In this document: positions 38,870-48,244 of the stretch, piece after piece
How the letters are laid out: every line of letters starts with the position of its first letter
Numbering within the stretch: the first letter of the stretch is position 1
Origin: an uncultured Candidatus Saccharibacteria bacterium
Lineage (GTDB): Bacteria; Patescibacteriota; Minisyncoccia; Phycocordibacterales; 2-02-FULL-43-11
DNA: 64,000 nt
Direction: 5' to 3'
NCBI GenBank assembly: GCA_964348785.1
Contig: CAYGDO010000004.1
Coordinates: 21,082-85,081 of the forward strand
Made by a program: the position numbers and the translations under genes
The notes under the pieces: model-generated
What the model was told of the DNA's origin: nothing
Databases searched by the model: none
The model's input: the letters and a program-made list of their open reading frames with translations, nothing else

Positions 38870-39169
38870 ATGGCTAAGAAATTGTATGTGGGAAATCTTT
38901 CCTATTCTACAACTGACACTAGTTTGAACGAAGCTTTCGCTAAAGCTGGTGCAGTCACCTCAGCCCAAGTCGTCATGGACAAAATGACCGGACGATCAAG
39001 AGGTTTCGGATTCGTTGAAATGACAAACGATGAAGATGCTTCAAAGGCTATCGAGATGTGGGATGGAAAAGAAATCGACGGAAGAGCTGTCAGAGTTTCT
39101 GAGGCAAAACCTATGGAAGATAGGGGCCCAAGAAACGGTGGTGGTAGATTCCAAAAAAAGAGCTGGTAA
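38870..39169 (+). CDS. RRM-type RNA-binding protein with Gly-rich tail
   Basis: RNP2 LYVGNL and RNP1 RGFGFVEM. About 250-nt 5' leader. Confidence 0.8.
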   Translation: MAKKLYVGNLSYSTTDTSLNEAFAKAGAVTSAQVVMDKMTGRSRGFGFVEMTNDEDASKAIEMWDGKEIDGRAVRVSEAKPMEDRGPRNGGGRFQKKSW

Positions 39170-39176
39170 TAAAAAC

Positions 39177-39220
39177 AAAATCCCCTCTGACGTAACCCGT
39201 CGGAGGGGATTTTGTTTTTG
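39177..39220 (+). terminator. rho-independent terminator
   Basis: aaaatcccctctgacg taaccc gtcggaggggatttt followed by gtttttg. Confidence 0.8.
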
Positions 39221-39273
39221 CCTCAAAATTGTATAATGCTATAAGTCTTTAGGCTAAATAATATTTTAATAAA

Positions 39274-39450
39274 ATGAATTTAAACAAGAATCAAAAAGTG
39301 GCGGTAATTGTAGGGATAACGGTCGTGTTCGCAATCTTCTTTTTGAGAAACATAGGAACAAATAATCAACCAACAAATGTCATCGATGATTCTTCAGAAG
39401 AAATAATCGTTCAAGACGAAACTATTATTAACGACGTTAATCTCCAATAA
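39274..39450 (+). CDS. possible small membrane protein (58 aa)
   Basis: MNLNKNQKVAVIVGITVVFAIFFL. Below the ORF-track size cutoff. Weak. Confidence 0.2.
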   Translation: MNLNKNQKVAVIVGITVVFAIFFLRNIGTNNQPTNVIDDSSEEIIVQDETIINDVNLQ

Positions 39451-39451
39451 A

Positions 39452-39796
39452 ATGAATAAAACATCAATTTTCTTAGTAATAATCATAATTCTAGTCGGCG
39501 GGTACTTCTTCTTAAGTGGTGATAAACAGAAACAATCTAAAATGCCTAAAAATCCTTCGGCGGGTTTTGTGACTCTCAACAACTCAATGAACGAATACGA
39601 AAAATTAATAAAAACTTACGAGGACAAAGGAGGCTTAAAAACACCTCAGGATATGTTGCAATTTTCAGCCGAAATCCAAACAAAAATTCCCACCTATAAC
39701 GCAAGTGAATTGACTCAAGAAGAAGCAAAGATTATAGGCGACAGGTTAAATTCCCTTAGAGAAAGACAGATGAAACTCATCAACTATTCAAGATAA
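39452..39796 (+). CDS. hypothetical N-terminally anchored protein
   Basis: 114 aa with TM IFLVIIIILVGGYFFL. Immediately upstream of recG. Confidence 0.4.
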   Translation: MNKTSIFLVIIIILVGGYFFLSGDKQKQSKMPKNPSAGFVTLNNSMNEYEKLIKTYEDKGGLKTPQDMLQFSAEIQTKIPTYNASELTQEEAKIIGDRLNSLRERQMKLINYSR

Positions 39797-39799
39797 ACT

Positions 39800-41965
39800 A
39801 TGAATCTTTCCGACAGTGTAAAAGAAACACTTAGACTAAATGACCTACAGAAAAAAGCACTTGAAAAAATAGGCATAAAAACAGTAAAAGATTTATTGTT
39901 TTATTTTCCTTTAAGATATGGCGATACAACGGATGTAAAAAATATTACCAATTTATCTCAAGGAGACAACGTCACAATTTTTGGAAAAATTGAAAACCTA
40001 AAAACCAAAAAAGGATTCAAAACAAAAATCCCAATGGGAGAAGGGACTTTAAAAGATGAAACAGGCCAAATAAAAATTGTTTGGTTCAATCAACCGTACC
40101 TAGCTAAGATGATTCCCGATCAAACCCTCGTAAGAGTCGAAGGTAGAGTTAGTAAAAGAAAAAATACCGAAGAATTATATTTCTCAAATCCAAAAATAGA
40201 GAAAGTAGAAAAATTACCTGAAGGGACAGGCGATTCCCTATTTGCCAATGATGAAGAAAACAAAATCCTCTACCCTGTTTATAAAGAAACGAGAGGCATA
40301 ACTTCAAATTGGATATACCACTCTATTAAAAAAGTTTTTCTAAAAGGATTACTAGAAAATATAACCGACTACATCCCTGAAGATATTTTACAAAAGTACC
40401 ACCTACCCTCTCTTAAAACAGCTTTAATTTGGATACATTCGCCCAAAACTCCAAATGACGCACTTTCAGCTCGAAAAAGATTTTCATTTGAAGAAGTTTT
40501 CTTTATACAGCTAGAAAGACAAAAAGAAAGAAATTTATATCAAAAATTCCCCGCACCAATCATTAAGGCAGATGAGGAAAGAATAAATAAATTTCTTGAA
40601 CGATTTTCATTTTATCCAACAAATGCCCAACTTAGAACCATAAACGAAATTTTAAAAGATACAGAAAAAGGTCATCCGATGGGAAGATTGCTTGAGGGTG
40701 ATGTGGGCTCCGGAAAAACGCTTGTCGCTTCTGTCGCTTCATACTCAACCATAAACACACGCCCAGCCAATCAAAATTTTGGCACACTACAAGTCGCCTA
40801 TATGGCACCGACTGAAATACTGGCGACCCAACATTTTGAGTCTTTTATAAAATATTTTTCTCATTTACCTATTAATATTGCACTAATCACAGGTAGTACT
40901 TGTAGAAAATTTCCTTCAAAAACAAATCCTTCTTATTGGACACAAATCTCCAAAAATCAACTTCTAAAATGGGTAGCAAACGGAGAAATATCAATCGTTA
41001 TAGGAACCCACTCCTTAATTCAAAAAAACGTAAAATTCAAAAATTTAGGCCTAGTTATAATAGATGAGCAACACCGCTTTGGCACAGCTCAAAGACAAAA
41101 ATTGGCCAGAAAAGATGGAGCTTACCCTCACCTACTATCAATGACAGCCACTCCTATCCCCCGCACACTAGCTCTAACCATTTTCGGCGATTTAGATTTG
41201 AGCTTACTTGATGAAATGCCAGCCGGCAGAAAAAAAATTGAAACCGAAATTGCGACAAGAGAAAACCGAAATAAAGTTTACGAAAAAATTAGAGAAGAAA
41301 TAAAAAACGGCAGACAGGCCTATGTCATTTGCCCAAGAATCGATGAGCCTGATCCAAACAAAGAAACTGCCCTACTTGCCAAATCAGTCAAAGAAGAAGC
41401 AAAACGATTAAAAAAAGATGTTTTTAAAGAATTTGAAATTGGTATCCTTCACGGAAAATTAAAAGATTACGAAAAAGAAAAAGTGATGAATGATTTCAAA
41501 TCTGGAAAAATTAAAATTCTCATCGCCACCTCTGTCGTCGAAGTCGGAGTAAATGTTCCAAACGCCACCATGATTGTAATTGAGGGAGCAGAAAGATTTG
41601 GTCTATCACAACTTCATCAACTAAGAGGAAGGGTCTTAAGAAGCACTCATCAAGCTTATTGCTTTATTTTTTCTGACACCAAAACTAAAAAATCTCTAGA
41701 GCGTCTAAAGGCCTTAAAAAATTCTTCAAATGGCTTTGAATTGGCAGAGGAAGATTTAAAATTAAGAGGTCCGGGTGATTTATACGGTTTTCAACAATGG
41801 GGCGTATCAGACATTGGCATGGATGCCCTCAAAAATATTAAGATGGTTGAAATTGCCAGAAATGAAGCTAAAGAAATGATTGAGAAAGATTACAACCTAA
41901 AAAACTTCCCCCTTTTAAGAGAAAAATTGGAAGAAAGAAAAAAAGAACAAATACATTTTGAATAA
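39800..41965 (+). CDS. recG: ATP-dependent DNA helicase RecG
   Basis: 721 aa. Wedge domain, helicase motif I GDVGSGKT, DEQH box, motif VI QLRGRVLR. Confidence 0.9.
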   Translation: MNLSDSVKETLRLNDLQKKALEKIGIKTVKDLLFYFPLRYGDTTDVKNITNLSQGDNVTIFGKIENLKTKKGFKTKIPMGEGTLKDETGQIKIVWFNQPYLAKMIPDQTLVRVEGRVSKRKNTEELYFSNPKIEKVEKLPEGTGDSLFANDEENKILYPVYKETRGITSNWIYHSIKKVFLKGLLENITDYIPEDILQKYHLPSLKTALIWIHSPKTPNDALSARKRFSFEEVFFIQLERQKERNLYQKFPAPIIKADEERINKFLERFSFYPTNAQLRTINEILKDTEKGHPMGRLLEGDVGSGKTLVASVASYSTINTRPANQNFGTLQVAYMAPTEILATQHFESFIKYFSHLPINIALITGSTCRKFPSKTNPSYWTQISKNQLLKWVANGEISIVIGTHSLIQKNVKFKNLGLVIIDEQHRFGTAQRQKLARKDGAYPHLLSMTATPIPRTLALTIFGDLDLSLLDEMPAGRKKIETEIATRENRNKVYEKIREEIKNGRQAYVICPRIDEPDPNKETALLAKSVKEEAKRLKKDVFKEFEIGILHGKLKDYEKEKVMNDFKSGKIKILIATSVVEVGVNVPNATMIVIEGAERFGLSQLHQLRGRVLRSTHQAYCFIFSDTKTKKSLERLKALKNSSNGFELAEEDLKLRGPGDLYGFQQWGVSDIGMDALKNIKMVEIARNEAKEMIEKDYNLKNFPLLREKLEERKKEQIHFE

Positions 41966-41994
41966 AAATCGTTTTTGGAGTATATTTCTTTGTA

Positions 41995-42068
41995 CCCGCC
42001 CTTAGCTCAGTTGGTTAGAGCATCGAGCTTATACCTCGAGGGTCCTTGGTTCGAGTCCAAGAGGGCGG
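41995..42068 (+). tRNA. tRNA-Ile (anticodon UAU)
   Basis: Hand-folded. Acceptor CCGCCCT/AGGGCGG (7 perfect pairs), D-arm GCTCAGTTGGTTAGAGC, anticodon stem TCGAG/CTCGA with loop CTTATAC, T-arm CTTGGTTCGAGTCCAAG. Confidence 0.78.
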
Positions 42069-42660
42069 ATAGAAATTCTACACAACCCCAGCACCAAAAG
42101 TCATATGGCCTCGCGCTTCGCCCGGCAAGGTAAGTGCCTATTACGTTCAGCTTGCTAGCTTCAGTATTTCGTCACCTGCGTTCCTCAATCGCACTCGCGC
42201 TCGGCCTAGGATTGATGCGGGATTATTGTTTGCATACCAAACTCTCTTTCTTAGCAGAAGAGAGATTTGGGCAAACAATAAAAAAGTCGCCGAACCTAAG
42301 TCAGCGACTGAGACATGGGCTTCGAATAATCAAGAACGTTTCCTCAGCAGACGGTTCTTCAAACGCAGGAAAAAAATTCGAGCGCTTCGACAGAATCGGC
42401 CCCACGGGCCAATCAAGGCCTCCTCGACCCTGGCCAATTCATTGGCCCTCTCGAGATCTTCAGGATCGTCGATTGAGATGAAGGCAGGTAATTCAACCTG
42501 CCCTTCGTGTTCACCGGTTCCCTTACGAACACCCAACTGATCAAGAGTGTGCTTCATGGGTTTGTTCTCCTTCTAACCAAGTATGATAAATCCACTAACA
42601 ATTTGTGTCAACAAAAAAATGACAACAATGTCCCCAGTTTGTGTTTAAACAAGTTTAAAA
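42069..42660. other. GC-rich patch of about 600 nt directly 3' of tRNA-Ile(UAU)
   Basis: About 50-55% GC by eye. About 260 nt noncoding with hairpins (ctctctttc/gaagagag, gtcgc/gcgac). Plus-strand ORF-track ORFs here look like composition artefacts. Confidence 0.5.
42330..42557 (-). CDS. small GC-rich ORF in the patch after tRNA-Ile(UAU); possibly frameshifted
   Basis: SD AAGGAG plus 9 nt plus ATG. N-terminal 50 aa contains FISIDDPEDLERANELA, which resembles FIPNDPWDSIQEQLDAL in ORF 46067-46375. The basic C-terminal tail looks like out-of-frame read-through. Confidence 0.3.
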   Translation of the reverse strand: MKHTLDQLGVRKGTGEHEGQVELPAFISIDDPEDLERANELARVEEALIGPWGRFCRSARIFFLRLKNRLLRKRS

Positions 42661-42703
42661 AAATTTGTCAATTAATAATTTAATGTATATACTGCTTTTA
42701 TCA

Positions 42704-43462
42704 ATGGAAAATACAGAAAAAATCTTAGAACAAGTCGGTCTAAACTCTAAAGAAGCCAAAATATATTTGACCTTACTTGAACTTGGACCAACAGCTATTA
42801 GAAAGATAGCTGAAAAAGCCAAAATCAACCGTGGCACAACCTATGAATCTTTAAAAAAACTCCAAAAAATCGGACTAGTGTCATATTTCCATCAAGGAAA
42901 ACTTCAACACTTTGTCGCTGAAAATCCAAAAGTTCTTAATAATCTTCTATCAAGAAAAAAACTTGAAATGAAAGAAGCTGAAGAAAATCTGCCAAACCTC
43001 ATCTCTTCCCTATCATCATTCTCAAAAAATCTAGAGAACAAACCAGTTATAAAATTCTACGAAAATTATTCTGGCATAAGAACGATTCTTGAAGACGTTT
43101 TGGATTCATTTAAAAAAGGAGACAAGAAAGAATACACAGCTTATTCATCATCTTCCATAAGACCATTTCTTTACCACAAAGATGCTTTCCCAAATTTTAC
43201 AGAAGAACGTATTAAACGAAAAATATTTGTTAGAACCATAGCCATAGGACAAGGAGGAAAAAAACACGGGGAAGATGATAGAAAGTGGCTTACAAAAAAG
43301 GAAGGTTTGTCTCCTATTTACACTCTCATTTACAATCAAAAAATAGCGATGATATCAATTGGAGAAAATAAAGTGCCTCACGGTCTCATAATTGAAGATA
43401 AAGGTATATACGAAATCGAGAGATTAATCTTTGATTCACTTTGGAAAACTTTAAAAAACTAA
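42704..43462 (+). CDS. TrmB-like winged-helix transcriptional regulator
   Basis: LEQVGLNSKEAKIYLTLLELGPTAIRKIAEKAKINRGTTYESLKKLQKIGLV. Start taken at MENTEK; the ORF track starts at 42665. Confidence 0.55.
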   Translation: MENTEKILEQVGLNSKEAKIYLTLLELGPTAIRKIAEKAKINRGTTYESLKKLQKIGLVSYFHQGKLQHFVAENPKVLNNLLSRKKLEMKEAEENLPNLISSLSSFSKNLENKPVIKFYENYSGIRTILEDVLDSFKKGDKKEYTAYSSSSIRPFLYHKDAFPNFTEERIKRKIFVRTIAIGQGGKKHGEDDRKWLTKKEGLSPIYTLIYNQKIAMISIGENKVPHGLIIEDKGIYEIERLIFDSLWKTLKN

Positions 43463-43463
43463 T

Positions 43464-43961
43464 TTAGGACTCAGCCTTATTTAATTTCTCAAAAACTGTT
43501 TTAACAAACTTTTTTATAGTGTCGTAAATAACGGGGAGTTCTAAATAATCAATGGCAATTGCGAGCCACGCAAGCCAAACTGGCAAACCAACACCGGAAA
43601 CACCCAAAAACTGATCAACCACAAATTCATCTGTAATCCAGAAAATGTGTAGCCATTGAGAATTTAGGAAAAACAAGTAAAGAATACTCTTCCATTCTTT
43701 CTTTTCTTTGTACTCATTGACGTAAAAAATGGAAGTTAAAATAAGAGCTGGAATTTCTGTGTAATCAACAACCAAAATCAAAACTTGCCAAATACCCGTC
43801 AAATCAAAATAACTTTTACCAAACAGCCTGAAAAAAACTACATGAACTGTTAACCAATAGAGATGAACTAATTGTAAAAGAAAAAGACCAACGACTAAAC
43901 CGTTATTAAAGAGTTTATGAGAGCGATACCAACCCCAAAACCTAGAAAAAACTTCTTTCAT
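43464..43961 (-). CDS. hypothetical polytopic membrane protein
   Basis: 165 aa with 4-5 TM helices, Trp-rich. Confidence 0.4.
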   Translation of the reverse strand: MKEVFSRFWGWYRSHKLFNNGLVVGLFLLQLVHLYWLTVHVVFFRLFGKSYFDLTGIWQVLILVVDYTEIPALILTSIFYVNEYKEKKEWKSILYLFFLNSQWLHIFWITDEFVVDQFLGVSGVGLPVWLAWLAIAIDYLELPVIYDTIKKFVKTVFEKLNKAES

Positions 43962-43967
43962 TGTTAT

Positions 43968-45878
43968 CTATTTTACAGCTTCAGCTACTTCCCTCTTTTT
44001 AGGCATAATTCCATTAATTACCAAAAGTTTTTCAAATTCTTCCCTTTCTACAGTTTCAACTTCAACCAATTTATCAGCAATAGCTTTCAAGACATTTTTA
44101 TGTTTTTTCAAAAGTTCTTCTGCTCTCTTTAAATTGCTATCGATTATTTCAGTAACCTCAGCATCAATTAAAGCACTGACTTTTTCAGAATATTCTCTGT
44201 CCTCCACTACACCGCTTTTACCAATTAAAACTTTTCCACCACCTTCAAGGGCAACAGGCCCAATCTTGTCTGACATTCCATATTTAGTAACCATATCTCT
44301 TGCAAGAGCGGTTGAAACTTGCAAATCGTTTGATGGACCAGTTGTCACATCACCAAAAATCATTTTTTCTGTAACATAACCCGCCAAAGATACCGCTATA
44401 TCATCCATAAACTCATTTTTAGATTGCATCTTTCTATCTTCAAAAGGCAATTTCAATGTATATCCAGCCGCACGTCCTCGAGAAATAATAGAAATCTTAT
44501 GAACAGGATCAGAATGCTTCAAAACAGAGGCAACAAGAGCATGCCCCGCTTCATGGTAAGCCGTCAATTCTTTTTCTTTTATAGATAACAAATGACTTCT
44601 TCTTTCAGGACCCAGCATCACTTTTTCAATAGAACGAATAAGGTCAAACTGCGCAACTTTTAATCTACTCTCTCTTGCAGCTAAAATAGCGCCCTCATTT
44701 ACGATTGAATACAAATCAGCACCAGAAAATCCTGGGGTTCGTTCAGCAATAACTTTCAAATTAACATCTTCAGCTAATTGTTTTCTACTTGCATGAATTT
44801 TCAAAATTTCTTCTCGATCACCCCTATCAGGCAAATCAATTACAACCCTTCTGTCAAAACGTCCAGGTCGGAGGAGTGCGGGGTCAAGAACATCTGGTCT
44901 ATTTGTTGCAGCCATCACAATAACTTTTTCAGTTTGCTCAAATCCATCCATCTCAACCAAAATCTGGTTCAAAGTCTGCTCTCTCTCGTCATTTCCACCT
45001 CCAACTCCAGTTCCTCTTACGCGACCAACAGCATCAATTTCATCTATAAACACAATTGAAGGTGATGTCTTTTTTGCCATATCAAACAAATCTCGAACAC
45101 GAGACGCACCAACGCCAACAAACATCTCAACAAACTCTGATCCGGAAATTGAAAAGAATGCGACACCAGCCTCCCCGGCTACAGCTCTTGCAAGAAGAGT
45201 TTTACCAGTTCCAGGAGCTCCCATAAGAAGCACGCCTTTAGGGATTTGCGCCCCAATATCCAAAAACTTTTTAGGATTTTTAAGAAAATCAACGATTTCT
45301 TTTAATTCTTCTTTGGCTTCCTTAGCGCCAGCTACATCCTTAAAAGTCACAAGTTGTTTTTTGTCATTTGGAAAAATAATTCTTGCTTTTGACTGTCCAA
45401 AAGAAAAAGCTTGCATACCAGCCCCTTTTACCTGTCTTCCTAAAAACCAAATAAAGAAAGCAATAAACAGAATAGGGACCAAAAACGGAGCCACGCTCAA
45501 GAACCAATAACCTGCCCCTCTTGGATCTACAACTTTCATTGAAACAGCTGAGATTTTCTCCTTTGTTACACCATAACCAGAAAAAGTTTCAGACAAGGCT
45601 ATTTCTGCTTCCTTTTTTGATTGTTTAACAGAATTATCGCCATAGGTTATCTCAAGATTCTCCCCCTTTATTGAAATCTCTTTTATTAAACCCTTTGAAA
45701 CATCAGAGGCAACAGCGGAAATCGGAACTTCTTCAATTTTTGTTTGATTTTCAGAAAAAAGAGAATAAACAAAAACAATCATTAAAAATATTAAAAATGC
45801 CGTCACTACATTATTGCTAAAAGAGCTCCCTTTAAAAGGAGTTTCGTTCTTTGGAAGCTTTTGAAAAGGTTTTTTCAT
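43968..45878 (-). CDS. ftsH: ATP-dependent zinc metalloprotease FtsH
   Basis: 636 aa. Two N-terminal TMs, Walker A GAPGTGKT, second region of homology, HEAGHA zinc site. Confidence 0.92.
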   Translation of the reverse strand: MKKPFQKLPKNETPFKGSSFSNNVVTAFLIFLMIVFVYSLFSENQTKIEEVPISAVASDVSKGLIKEISIKGENLEITYGDNSVKQSKKEAEIALSETFSGYGVTKEKISAVSMKVVDPRGAGYWFLSVAPFLVPILFIAFFIWFLGRQVKGAGMQAFSFGQSKARIIFPNDKKQLVTFKDVAGAKEAKEELKEIVDFLKNPKKFLDIGAQIPKGVLLMGAPGTGKTLLARAVAGEAGVAFFSISGSEFVEMFVGVGASRVRDLFDMAKKTSPSIVFIDEIDAVGRVRGTGVGGGNDEREQTLNQILVEMDGFEQTEKVIVMAATNRPDVLDPALLRPGRFDRRVVIDLPDRGDREEILKIHASRKQLAEDVNLKVIAERTPGFSGADLYSIVNEGAILAARESRLKVAQFDLIRSIEKVMLGPERRSHLLSIKEKELTAYHEAGHALVASVLKHSDPVHKISIISRGRAAGYTLKLPFEDRKMQSKNEFMDDIAVSLAGYVTEKMIFGDVTTGPSNDLQVSTALARDMVTKYGMSDKIGPVALEGGGKVLIGKSGVVEDREYSEKVSALIDAEVTEIIDSNLKRAEELLKKHKNVLKAIADKLVEVETVEREEFEKLLVINGIMPKKREVAEAVK

Positions 45879-46066
45879 CCCATTAGAATTTTATCTTTTA
45901 AAAAAGTGTTTTATTTACTAAAAACCACCCAATCTCACCTGAATATACCCAATAAAAAGTTTTCAAACTTCTAACGGGACAAGTCGTTCAAACATTATAC
46001 ACAAAAAATCTTTTTTTGAAATAAAAAACCCCGCGGAGTGCGAGGCAAAAAAGAAAAGAAAGGTCG

Positions 46067-46375
46067 TCAAGAATTCATGTCAGGCAACGCATCGAGCTGT
46101 TCCTGGATTGAGTCCCAGGGGTCATTCGGAATAAACCCCGAATAATTCTCACCATTGATCCGGCAACAGTCAGAACGAAGTTCGAAACCAATTGCCAAAG
46201 CGACCGTCGGCACTGGAGGTGGATCGTTCTCATCAGGCAACCCGACAAGAACACAACTGAAGAATAGGTCTCGGGGGAAAATAAAGCCCGCATATCTTCC
46301 CCGCCAGATTTGGTAACCTTTGGCTGAAGCTGTCCTCTTCGCCATCGCTTCCGTCCTATCTAAAGGATTTTCCAT
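46067..46375 (-). CDS. GC-rich hypothetical ORF in the ssrA-adjacent patch
   Basis: 102 aa. SD-like GGAAAGGAA before the ATG. C-terminal GENYSGFIPNDPWDSIQEQLDAL resembles the N-terminal region of ORF 42330-42557. Confidence 0.3.
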   Translation of the reverse strand: MENPLDRTEAMAKRTASAKGYQIWRGRYAGFIFPRDLFFSCVLVGLPDENDPPPVPTVALAIGFELRSDCCRINGENYSGFIPNDPWDSIQEQLDALPDMNS

Positions 46376-46434
46376 CGTGATTCCTTTCCCAAAACCAGTC
46401 TAATCTTATTTACTTTTGTGTCAAACTCACCGAA

Positions 46435-46453
46435 TGTGGAGATGGCGGGATTG
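46435..46453 (-). repeat. 19-nt direct repeat of the tmRNA 3' end (att-like)
   Basis: tgtggagatggcgggattg is identical at 46435-46453 and at 46574-46592 (3' end of ssrA). Confidence 0.7.
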
Positions 46454-46533
46454 GTCACAAGTATTCGCCTGCTGGCGAATCTCGCGACCCCGCCTCGTGC
46501 CGTCGCACTCCGGCTTTCAATCCCTTCTCCATA

Positions 46534-46570
46534 CATAGAAAAACCTCGCACAAAGCGAGGTTTTTCTATG
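46534..46570 (-). terminator. ssrA terminator hairpin
   Basis: Perfect inverted repeat catagaaaaacctcgc / gcgaggtttttctatg starting 6 nt past the tmRNA 3' end. Inner stem cctcgc/gcgagg followed by a UUUUUCUAU tract on the minus strand. Confidence 0.55.
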
Positions 46571-46575
46571 TATTG

Positions 46576-46985
46576 TGGAGATGGCGGGATTGAACCCGCG
46601 TCCAAAGGGAATTAAATTATGACTCTACGCAACGTATCTTTTCTCGAATATTTAAGTGTTTATATAAGGAGAAAAGAGAGAACTCTAAACACCGATTCTT
46701 ATTACCCGCTTTTGACGGGTTCAAAATTCATCTAAGAAAAAATGAATTTCTATTCCGAATTTATTACACCTTACAAAATAGTATCGGAAGCACACTTTGC
46801 AAGATGTCGCTTAAAGAAGAAGTGTTAACCTCTTGCGTAAGCGAATTGAGGAAAGCCCGCCATATAAGGTGAGACAGTTCCTCTTACAGTGTTTTTGGCA
46901 CTTGTATTTTGAAACAGTTTTGTGAGTTATTTCAGCTCAATTGCGCACATAATCTAAGACATCCTTCGTCAAAACTGACATCCCC
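46576..46985 (-). ncRNA. ssrA: tmRNA (ssrA), about 410 nt, one-piece
   Basis: 5' GGGGAUGUCAGUUUUGACGAAGG resembles the tmRNA 5' consensus (GGGGxxG...GGAUUCGACGGG). 3' GGACGCGGGUUCAAUCCCGCCAUCUCCA is near-identical to E. coli ...GGACGCGGGUUCAACUCCCGCCAGCUCCA. The 5' GGGGAUG pairs with 3' CAUCUCC. Lies directly downstream of smpB on the same strand. No ORF of 60 aa or more on either strand. Tag reading frame not resolved. Confidence 0.7.
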
Positions 46986-46994
46986 GTATTAAAA

Positions 46995-47444
46995 TTATTC
47001 ATTTTTCAATGATCTTCTTATGTCCCTTTCACTTTCACGTTTTTTTATACTTTCTCTTTTATCAAAATTTTTCTTACCTTTAGCAAGTCCTATATCCATC
47101 TTAATAAATCTACCCTTATTATACACTGAAATTGGCACTATTGTCAATCCTTTTTTAGAGCCCGAATTTTCCAGCTCCTTTATTTCTTTTTCTAACAATA
47201 AAAGTCTTCGCGTTCTCCTGTCGTCATATGTTCCTGGTTTATTGTTTGGCTGGTAAGGAGGAATTTCCATGTTAACAACATAGGCTTCTTTGCCCCTTAT
47301 GAGCACCCTTGATCCTTCCAAAGATCCCCTTTTTAATCTTAAAGATTTTACTTCTTGTCCAAACAACTCAAGTCCGGCCGTGAATTTATCAAGGACTTCA
47401 TAATCAAAATATACTCTTTTGTTTTCTATTAAAGACACAATCAT
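46995..47444 (-). CDS. smpB: SsrA-binding protein SmpB
   Basis: 149 aa: KRVYFDYEVLDKFTAGLELFGQEVKSLR...YNKGRFIKMDIGLAKGKK with a basic C-tail. Confidence 0.92.
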   Translation of the reverse strand: MIVSLIENKRVYFDYEVLDKFTAGLELFGQEVKSLRLKRGSLEGSRVLIRGKEAYVVNMEIPPYQPNNKPGTYDDRRTRRLLLLEKEIKELENSGSKKGLTIVPISVYNKGRFIKMDIGLAKGKKNFDKRESIKKRESERDIRRSLKNE

Positions 47445-47569
47445 ATGTTATCAGAGTTTTAGTTTTCGGCTAATATTTAGCCAACGAGAAATAACTAAAG
47501 TGATCCCTTGCATGTAAAAAATATATTACGTATAATATATGTGACATTTAATAGTAACAATATATTTTT

Positions 47570-48001
47570 ATGTTAGGAAAACCAGAATGGTTCAAAAGAA
47601 GAAAGTGGCTTGGTTGGGGTTTAATGCCTGCAACATGGCAAGGTTGGGTCTACACATTAGTTTTAGTATTACCCATTGCAATCATCTCTTCCCTACCAAA
47701 TGTAGAGGAAAAAATGCGTATCGGTTTTATATTAATATGGGCAATAATCTTTTCTCTAGATTTAATCCGCATAATGATCAGTGTTAATAAAGACGAAAGA
47801 GAAAAAATCCACGAAGCTATAGCCGAGAGAAATGCCCTCTGGACTATAATTTTCGTCCTAGCTTTTGGCGTAGCTTATGAAACCTCAAAAAGTATCGTTG
47901 AAACAGGATCATTTAAAATAGACCCTTTAATAATAATCGCTATAGCTCTTGGATTAATCGCAAAAGCTTCTACTAATTTCTATCTAGATAAAAAAGATTA
48001 A
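47570..48001 (+). CDS. hypothetical membrane protein upstream of an XRE regulator
   Basis: 143 aa, 4 TM. Confidence 0.45.
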   Translation: MLGKPEWFKRRKWLGWGLMPATWQGWVYTLVLVLPIAIISSLPNVEEKMRIGFILIWAIIFSLDLIRIMISVNKDEREKIHEAIAERNALWTIIFVLAFGVAYETSKSIVETGSFKIDPLIIIAIALGLIAKASTNFYLDKKD

Positions 48002-48004
48002 TCT

Positions 48005-48196
48005 ATGAAAAACCACATTGCGGAACTCCGAAAAAAACTTGGTATAACCCAAGAAGAGCTAGCCGAAAAAGTCGCCGTCACAAGGCAGACAATTATTTCC
48101 CTTGAACAAAATCGATACAATCCTTCTTTACTCTTAGCTCACAAAATCACCAAAACTCTTAAAAAAGAAAATGTGGAAGAGGTTTTTATACTCTGA
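48005..48196 (+). CDS. XRE-family helix-turn-helix transcriptional regulator
   Basis: [41 protein letters not shown]. 63 aa. Confidence 0.7.
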   Translation: MKNHIAELRKKLGITQEELAEKVAVTRQTIISLEQNRYNPSLLLAHKITKTLKKENVEEVFIL

Positions 48197-48244
48197 TTAA
48201 ATCCAAAATATAAGCTTGTATAAAAAACGGTATAATAAAGACAG

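Larger units (their letters stand above)
46020..46533. other. GC-rich patch immediately 3' of ssrA
   Basis: Markedly GC-rich relative to flanking sequence. Contains ORF 46067-46375 and the 19-nt repeat of the tmRNA 3' end at 46435-46453. A G/C hairpin plus U-run at its distal end (about 46020-46060, minus strand) looks like a terminator. Confidence 0.5.

Noticed and set aside
42134-42540. Plus-strand ORFs of 115 and 104 aa in the patch after tRNA-Ile
   Set aside because: Arg/Ser/Pro-rich low-complexity translations typical of GC-rich noncoding or antisense sequence. They overlap each other and the better-supported minus-strand ORF.
46360-46615. ORFs 46360-46605 (minus) and 46418-46615 (plus)
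   Set aside because: They span the tmRNA 3' end, its terminator hairpin and the att-like repeat. Both are composition artefacts.
46640-46990. AT-rich stretch between smpB and the tRNA-like 3' end, first considered an unusually long intergenic region
   Set aside because: Re-interpreted as the body of the tmRNA gene, whose 5' end GGGGAUG pairs with the 3' CAUCUCC.
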